From the NCBI GenBank assembly GCA_028710985.1, contig JAQTTB010000001.1, positions 523,014 to 587,013 of the forward strand: a stretch of 64,000 bases of DNA. The letters are read 5' to 3'. Within the stretch, counting starts at the first letter, position 1. Every line of letters begins with the position of its first letter. The notes below the pieces were generated by a model, which was given only the letters and a program-made list of their open reading frames with translations, searched no databases and was not told the DNA's origin. Below, piece by piece: positions 58,088-64,000 of this stretch. The stretch comes from Patescibacteria group bacterium. GTDB taxonomy: Bacteria; Patescibacteriota; Patescibacteriia; JAHJFT01. A program made the position numbers and the translations under genes.

Positions 58088-60067
58088 ATGGCGTTTAAAA
58101 ATCTTTTTGAGCCGATAATGATCGGCTCGCTCAAATTAAAAAATCGTTTGGTCCTGCCACCCATGGTGCGAAACTGGGCAACCGAACGCGGCGAGGTGAC
58201 CGACCGATTGGTGGATCATTATGCCGCCCTCGCTCGCGGCGGTACGGCCATGCTGATTCTTGAGGCGATCTATGTTTCGCCCGAGGGTCGCGGCTTTACT
58301 TATCAGATGGGCATCGATAATGATGCCTTGGTTCCGGGACTAAAAAAATTAGTTGATGCCGCGCATCAATATGGCGCGGCAATCGGGCCGCAGCTATATC
58401 ATGCCGGCCGCCAGACAAACTCAAAAACTATCAGCCAGCCGCCGGTCGCGCCTTCGCCCATCCCGTGCCCGGTTCAGCGGGAAATGCCGCGCGAACTCTC
58501 GGCCGAGGAAATTTCCGAAATTGAAAACGCCTTCGCCGCGGCCGCCCTGCGCGCCAAGGGAGCGGGATTTGATTTTGTTGAAGTGCACGGTGCGCACGGT
58601 TATCTCATTACGCAATTTTTATCCGCGTATTCAAACAAAAGAAAAGACGCGTACGGCGGCGATCTTGAAGGCCGCATGGCATTTTTAAAAAATATCATTA
58701 AAAAAATTAGAGCTGCGGTTGGCCCGGATTATCCCGTGACCGTGCGGCTTTCGGGTGAGGAGCGCGTTCCCGGCGGTCTCACCATTGACGACACGAAAAA
58801 AATCGTCAAAGAGCTGGAAAAACTCGGCATTGACGCGGTGCACATTTCCGTCGGCAATTACGGAAGCTTTGCCGAGGGACTCATGATTCCGACCATGGCC
58901 GCGCCGACCGGAGCGCTGGTATATCTCGCCGAACAGGTGAAGAAATCAACCAGGCTGCCGGTAATCGCGGTCGGAAAAATCAACACCCCCGAACTCGCTG
59001 AAGAAATTATTGCGAACGGCCAGGCCGATATGGTTGCCCTCGGCCGGGAGCTTATGGCCGATCCGGAATGGCCGAACAAGGTGCGCGATGGCCGCGCCGA
59101 TGAGATTCAGCGGTGCATTGCCTGCAACCAGGGATGCATTGACCGGCTGTTTGCCGGGCTTGATACTCAGTGCGTGGTCAATCCGCTTTTCGGGCGCGAA
59201 CGCGAATTCGCGGTTACCCCGGCGGCTGATTTAAAAAAAATCATGGTGATCGGCGGCGGTCCGGCGGGCATGCAGGCCGCGATTGTCGCCAAGAAACGCG
59301 GACATGGAGTTGCGATTTATGAACAAGGAAGCGAACTTGGCGGCGCTTTGCTTTTTGCGCAGAAACCGCCGCATCGCGAGGGCATCGCCTGGCTGGTTAA
59401 GGATTTTATCGCTCAAATACACGAACTCGGCATTGAGGAAAATTTCAATACCGAAGTGACGCCCGAACTTGTCGCCGAGGTCAAACCCGACGCGATTATT
59501 ATCGCCACCGGCTCGGAGTGTGCCCTTCCTCCGATTCCGGGAGTAAATCTGCCGAACGTGATGTCGCCGCGCGATGTTCTTTCCGGCCAGGTCAGAGTTG
59601 GAAATAGTGTTATCGTCGCTGGCGGCGGCTGTGTCGGCGCCGAGGTAGCCGAATATTTGGTCGAGCGCGGACATAAAGTGAAAATTGTGGAAATGAGAGA
59701 GGCGATTGTCAGCGATCTTGGATTTGCGGACGGCGTTCAGCTGCGCGCCCGTTTGGAAAAACTTGGCGTTGAAATTTTTACAAAAACAAAAATTCTTGAA
59801 ATAAAAAAAGACGGTATTGTGATTGAGCGCGAAGGCCTGCCTGCTCGCCTCGCTGAAGCTGTGGCGAAGCGGGCCGGTAGGCAGGGCAAACGCGATGAAA
59901 TCGGTGGCGAGAGTCTGGTGCTTTGCCTCGGCTCAAAATCGGTTAATGATCTCGAAAAATTGCTCGTCGGAGCCGCGTCCGAAATCGTGGTTGTCGGCGA
60001 CGCCGTGGAACCGCGGCGTATTCTTGAAGCGGTCTACGAAGGCTATGCCGCCGGATTAAATATTTAA
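58088..60067 (+). CDS. Old-Yellow-Enzyme-family NADH:flavin oxidoreductase. It is fused to a pyridine-nucleotide-disulfide-oxidoreductase-like domain (2,4-dienoyl-CoA-reductase-like architecture).
   Basis: The N-terminal TIM barrel reads LKNRLVLPPMVRNWATERGEVTD...HGAHGYLITQFLS. The C-terminal Rossmann region reads MVIGGGPAGMQAA...VAGGGCVGAEVAE. The start is at an internal ATG; the ORF track begins at 58022. Confidence 0.8.
   Translation: MAFKNLFEPIMIGSLKLKNRLVLPPMVRNWATERGEVTDRLVDHYAALARGGTAMLILEAIYVSPEGRGFTYQMGIDNDALVPGLKKLVDAAHQYGAAIGPQLYHAGRQTNSKTISQPPVAPSPIPCPVQREMPRELSAEEISEIENAFAAAALRAKGAGFDFVEVHGAHGYLITQFLSAYSNKRKDAYGGDLEGRMAFLKNIIKKIRAAVGPDYPVTVRLSGEERVPGGLTIDDTKKIVKELEKLGIDAVHISVGNYGSFAEGLMIPTMAAPTGALVYLAEQVKKSTRLPVIAVGKINTPELAEEIIANGQADMVALGRELMADPEWPNKVRDGRADEIQRCIACNQGCIDRLFAGLDTQCVVNPLFGREREFAVTPAADLKKIMVIGGGPAGMQAAIVAKKRGHGVAIYEQGSELGGALLFAQKPPHREGIAWLVKDFIAQIHELGIEENFNTEVTPELVAEVKPDAIIIATGSECALPPIPGVNLPNVMSPRDVLSGQVRVGNSVIVAGGGCVGAEVAEYLVERGHKVKIVEMREAIVSDLGFADGVQLRARLEKLGVEIFTKTKILEIKKDGIVIEREGLPARLAEAVAKRAGRQGKRDEIGGESLVLCLGSKSVNDLEKLLVGAASEIVVVGDAVEPRRILEAVYEGYAAGLNI
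59833..59884. repeat. 52-bp repeat copy inside the OYE-family gene (it encodes ...GLPARLAEAVAKRAGRQG...).
   Basis: Read directly: ggcctgcctgctcgcctcgctgaagctgtggcgaagcgggccggtaggcagg. Confidence 0.7.
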
Positions 60068-60071
60068 AAAT

Positions 60072-60836
60072 ATGAAACTTGAAAAAACATTGAACAAGCT
60101 CGGACTCTCGGACAAGGAAGCGCGCGTCTACCTCGCCGCGCTTGAACTCGGGCCCGAGGCCGTGCAGGAGATTGCCAAAAAATCCGGCGTCAACCGCGCC
60201 ACCACTTACGTGATGATTGAGTCGCTCATCCGGCGCGGGCTCATGAGCTCATACGAGCAGGGGAAAAAACGGCTTTTCGCGCCAGAAGAACCCAACCGGC
60301 TTTTTAACTCTCTGAAATCCGCGGAGCAGGAAATTGAAGAAAGACAAAGCGCGCTTAAGTCAATCATGCCCGATCTTCTCGCCATTTGCGCTGGCGCCGA
60401 AAACAAGCCGCGCATCAGATTATTTGAGGGCTACGAAGGCATCATCTCCATAAAACAAGATATTCAGGAATCGGGAACTGATTATATGGATAACATACTT
60501 GATATGGATGAATTCAAAAGAATATTTTCTGGCCATGAGTTTGATGAGCAGAATAAAAAATTTTTTAAAAGTAAATTAAACTATCGCTGCATTTTAACCT
60601 CCGGTCCGCTGGAACAAGAAATATTAGAAAAGTTTAAAGTGTTTTCTGGCATCAGATTCTTGGAAAGAGGAAAATTTTTTTTCCCGGGAGAGATCGGGAT
60701 GTACGCAAACAAGTCCGCGTTCCTAACTTATCGCGGCACCATGATCGGCGTAATAATTGAAAGTGCGGAAATCAATCAAATGCTTCGGGCCATGTTCAGC
60801 ATGCTTTGGGAGATGAATATTGGCGAAAAATTATAA
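60072..60836 (+). CDS. TrmB-family transcriptional regulator-like protein (paralog)
   Basis: LGLSDKEARVYLAALELGPEAVQEIAKKSGVNRATTYVMIESLIRRGLM. Confidence 0.55.
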   Translation: MKLEKTLNKLGLSDKEARVYLAALELGPEAVQEIAKKSGVNRATTYVMIESLIRRGLMSSYEQGKKRLFAPEEPNRLFNSLKSAEQEIEERQSALKSIMPDLLAICAGAENKPRIRLFEGYEGIISIKQDIQESGTDYMDNILDMDEFKRIFSGHEFDEQNKKFFKSKLNYRCILTSGPLEQEILEKFKVFSGIRFLERGKFFFPGEIGMYANKSAFLTYRGTMIGVIIESAEINQMLRAMFSMLWEMNIGEKL

Positions 60837-60965
60837 AAAAAGACACCGACCGAGTACCGGTGGTGCCGTGCATATCCCCCAATTTATTGAGATTCCTCCC
60901 GAATTTTTCTTCTGAACTTTATGTTAAGGCTTGAAAGCTTGCCGTTTACGTTATATGCGGCATCG

Positions 60966-61343
60966 TTAGCCACCCCAGCCGCAATTGCAGTGCCGGACCG
61001 CGGACTTGCGCCAGCGGCGCATGTATGGCGTCTTCCAGCCCTTGAGGACCGGATCGTCCGCCGCCTGAAACGCGCTCTCCATGAGCGCGATTTTGTTTAC
61101 TTCGGTCGCAGAGGCACCGCGTGCCCTGCCCGGCATGTTGTTTGCATTCTCCCTTGGGAGAGCGGCAAACTCCGGACAAAGCAGTACGTCATCGCACTTA
61201 CTCGCCAGCCGCTCTCCCTCGGATCCGTGTGGAACCCTGGAAAGTGACTTTGCTTCTCGGAAAAACTCGCTGATTGGCTGCTTCAGTACGCTTGCCATCA
61301 TTCTGTTTTCCGTGAGCACGAGTTTGCGCGATAGACTTGGCAT
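60966..61343 (-). CDS. Hypothetical protein
   Basis: 125-aa ORF with an AAGGAGG RBS 7 nt upstream on the minus strand. It is preferred over the overlapping plus-strand ORF at 60921-61247, which lacks an RBS. Confidence 0.4.
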   Translation of the reverse strand: MPSLSRKLVLTENRMMASVLKQPISEFFREAKSLSRVPHGSEGERLASKCDDVLLCPEFAALPRENANNMPGRARGASATEVNKIALMESAFQAADDPVLKGWKTPYMRRWRKSAVRHCNCGWGG

Positions 61344-62464
61344 GATATTCCTCCTTGAGCACGGTTTAGAATTAACTGGCCTGCATTGATGATTTGGACC
61401 TTATAATTGGTTTTGTTCTTGGCCGCGAATCGCCAATATCCGGTTTACCCCACAAGGGGAACCGGCCACTATATCACAAGATTTCACGCTTGTCAATGGA
61501 GGGGGGGATGTGTTAAAAAAGCGGACATCTTGTCCGCATTTTTTGTTCGTAAATCGGTAAATTGATTTGAATTTTAGATAATTCTGTCAGCAACTCTTGA
61601 CAAATTCCGCAGAGCGTACTAATGTTCAAGGTTCGTTGCGAAAATAATATTTTCAGGGTTGTGTAAATAAGTTTGAAGTAAAAATATTACGGGAGGGGAT
61701 TGAGGGCCAATCTCGCAAATCCTACTTATCTACACCATTGTGAAAATTTTGTCAAGCGATTGACAGATTAATCACGCGTAGAGGAGAAAGATAAGAATGC
61801 CTTGGTATATCTCGTAGTGCCGGGGCGTTTTTGTATTGTAGTAGATGATTGTGGACTTGTATAAAACGAAAACAGACCCAGAAGGGATCTGTCAGGAAAT
61901 TAAGCACTTGAAATGATTTATTGGTTCATTTCAGACCAGGACAGCTTTCCGCCTCACCACTTGTCTTCCCACGGCATGGAAAGACACCAGGTGACTGATG
62001 GGGGCTTGATCGTGTCTAGATCGTGTTTTGTGGCTCCTTAGGCCACGCCTTTTACCTGAATCCGCTCATGTCCTCTTGTCCTCCTTGGCTGATCGAAGTC
62101 CGAGAGCATCGTAGCACTAGCACAACATGCCCATATAATATCACATTTTGGCACTTTTGTCAAGAGACTGCCAGCCCGCAGCAAAGCTGCGGGCAATTTT
62201 AAGTTGTAAATTTTAAATTTTAATTCAAGCCCCAATTTCTAAATTTTTAATAACAAAATGTCGCGTCGCTGCTTGTTTGAAGAATTTTGAATTTATAATT
62301 TAAAATTGAATTATAATTTAAAATTAAAAAAGTCCTCATTTTGCATTACGCGCAAAAGAGGACCGGCACCCAATTCTTATATTAACAAACAATTTATTAG
62401 CATAAGGATTGTGAGCGCTTTTTGACAGAATGTCGAGGCGCGCTCGAGAATACCTCGGAAGGAG

Positions 62465-63682
62465 CTAGTGAACGAACGGGTCCCAGTCGTTGTCATCGCT
62501 GCCGCCGCACCAATCTGCCTCATAATCGTCTCGATCGTGATCCGGGCAGACCGAGAAGTAATGGGGGCCGAGTTGGGGTTCGGGCGTGCAGCGTTCCGAG
62601 GTTGTGGTCTTGCCTGCGACCCGCAAGTCGTTGAGGTTCAGAAGCCCGAACTGGACTTCGCCGCTATAAAGACCTATATAGATCCTTACCTTCAGGTATG
62701 GATTGTCGATTTCCGGCATCGTTATATTCTCGAAAACGAAACCGCCATCATCTTCTTGGGCTACGTTTCCGAGAAAGGCATCTACCGACATGCCGTCTCT
62801 GACGCCATGCGCCCAAAGGATTGCGACAATTCCTGCGGGGCCTCCGCTTATCGGGATCGGTGTTTCGCCGCGCGTCTGATGCACGGCCAACCGTTCGATC
62901 GTATCACCCGGTTCCAGATTGGTTGTGGCAAAGGAAAGCAAGTATTCATCCGGACTCTCCATATACCACAGCGTGGGGGATTCGGGAACGCATGAGTAGA
63001 TCAGCTCGAGGCCGATCGCCACCTGGCCTTCGGGAACCCCGTCCTCGAATGGGCAAAAGCCCGATTCGCCTGGGCAGTTGTGTTCGCACACACCCTCGTC
63101 GATCTCGCCGTCACAGTCGTTGTCGTGGATGAGGTCGCATACTTCTTCAGCGCCCGGATGGATGTCGGCGCGATGATCGTTGCAGTCGTCGCCATTCGTC
63201 ACGTACCCCGGGGGCATCTCGGTGGCCGGACAGTGTAGAGAAGTGCTGGTGCTGTCCACTCCGCCGAACCCGTCGCCGTCTTCGTCAAAGAATATCAGGA
63301 CGCGGTCGATCTGGTCATGGACGCACGCGCCGTCGAAGCCGCACACGTCCATGGTGCACAGATCGCCGTCGTCGCAGTCCAGGTGACTCTCGCAGGACGG
63401 GGAGCAGAGGGGGTCCTCGCTCGGTGTCTGTACGCACGCGCCGCTCTCGCAGCTACCTATAGTGCACGGATCTTCGTCCATGCAGTCCGAGTCTTCGTCG
63501 CATTCCAGACAATCCGGAATCGCGAAGTGCTGGCACTCGGCCACGGAGTCGCACACATCGCTGGTGCACGGGTCACCGTCGTCGCAGTCGGTTGAGCACT
63601 CGATCGGATCGCCGTCGACCCTATCCGTTCCGTAGCATCCCATGAGCATCGCGGCCACGAACAGTATTACGATATTCCTCAT
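62465..63682 (-). CDS. Secreted Cys/Asp-rich repeat lipoprotein. It carries MopE-like / putative metal-binding DxDxDG-Cys repeat motifs.
   Basis: Lipobox LMGC. Repeated DCDDGDPCTSDVC, DCMDEDPCTIGSC, DCDDGDLCTMDVC and CNDHRADIHPGAEEVCDLIHDNDCDGEIDEG. A GGGAGG RBS and a terminator gtcctc...gaggac plus T-run lie downstream at about 62330-62365. Confidence 0.6.
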   Translation of the reverse strand: MRNIVILFVAAMLMGCYGTDRVDGDPIECSTDCDDGDPCTSDVCDSVAECQHFAIPDCLECDEDSDCMDEDPCTIGSCESGACVQTPSEDPLCSPSCESHLDCDDGDLCTMDVCGFDGACVHDQIDRVLIFFDEDGDGFGGVDSTSTSLHCPATEMPPGYVTNGDDCNDHRADIHPGAEEVCDLIHDNDCDGEIDEGVCEHNCPGESGFCPFEDGVPEGQVAIGLELIYSCVPESPTLWYMESPDEYLLSFATTNLEPGDTIERLAVHQTRGETPIPISGGPAGIVAILWAHGVRDGMSVDAFLGNVAQEDDGGFVFENITMPEIDNPYLKVRIYIGLYSGEVQFGLLNLNDLRVAGKTTTSERCTPEPQLGPHYFSVCPDHDRDDYEADWCGGSDDNDWDPFVH

Positions 63683-63821
63683 CTCATCCTCCCGCCTCCG
63701 ACACCGTCGGAGGACTTGTTGCGTTGTTTAGGAACACCTGGACCGACAAATTTTTTATCAGCTCGGGTGTTGGCTGAATTAGATTCAGCCAAGAAAATGT
63801 TGAAGGAGCATCTCTCACCAT

Positions 63822-64000
63822 GCCGACGGGGTGATGACGATGTAGCTGACGAACTTGCCGTCGTACTCCTTGGCCAGGTAGGCCGTTAGAGCACTCGCCA
63901 CATTCCCATCGGGCTGGAACTGCACATCCAGCGCTATGTGTCTCTTCGTTCCGTCGAGTTCTACGTAGTTAGCGATCACTTTTATCTCTCGAGCGTTGAG
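63822..64000 (-). CDS. 3-prime end of a hypothetical gene that continues beyond the window
   Basis: An open minus-strand frame from the window edge to a TGA at 63822 (...VITPSAW*). The frame is open from 64000 to that stop, so no start codon lies within the window. Confidence 0.3.

Noticed and set aside
60921-61247. 108-aa plus-strand ORF
   Set aside because: No RBS. It overlaps a minus-strand ORF that does have a canonical RBS. Its GC-rich sequence generates ORFs in several frames.

Overview
This 64-kb window is a gene-dense bacterial chromosome segment of about 53-55% GC. Its gene content suggests a reduced genome resembling Candidate Phyla Radiation / Patescibacteria lineages; this is inference from gene content only. 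The features that support it are many small membrane or secreted hypothetical proteins, DUF3048- and DUF4012-like proteins, a C39-like peptidase, short MetK and TsaB-like proteins, and a fragmented ribosomal-protein operon.

Confidently recognisable genes:
- dnaE, thrS, miaB-miaA (overlapping), gatB.
- A six-gene thymidylate module on the minus strand: tmk-like kinase, DHFR, thyA, dut, a P-loop kinase and dCMP deaminase.
- rplA-rplK-nusG-secE, gyrB, ftsW/rodA, rplY, prmC, prfA, rpmE, queA, metK, cyclophilin.
- A TM0106-type RecB/Cas4-like nuclease.
- rplJ-rplL with an L10 leader.
- An envelope glycan cluster: three GT2 genes, a DUF4012 gene, mreB and a GT4 gene.
- A TrmB-like / OYE-family flavoenzyme / TrmB-like triplet.
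- A high-GC Cys/Asp-rich lipoprotein.

The main discovery is at 44.5-46.3 kb, directly after rplL where rpoB is normally found. It is a roughly 300-aa retron-type reverse transcriptase on the minus strand. It is preceded on the same strand by two tandem, about 75%-similar, roughly 370-nt structured non-coding units. Each unit has a1/a2-like long-range inverted repeats, shows compensatory base changes between copies, and carries its own 3-prime terminator hairpin. The whole cassette is bracketed by two near-identical terminator-like palindromes.

Other notable signals:
- A family of 28-bp GTAGGGGCG...CGCCCCTAC palindromes, including self-nested copies. They flank an orphan higher-GC gene and sit in the duplicated leaders of two tandem paralogous membrane-anchored genes; one of those promoters carries a G10 tract in its spacer.
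- A 52-bp near-identical inverted repeat embedded in two unrelated coding sequences.
- Octamer and heptamer tandem repeats at gene ends.
- A recurrent GCATATATGCG-loop terminator family.
- A roughly 150-nt multi-hairpin element between rpmE and prfA.

No tRNA, rRNA or CRISPR array was recognisable. ORF-track start codons appear to include non-ATG starts; where an internal ATG with an RBS fitted better, I shifted the start.
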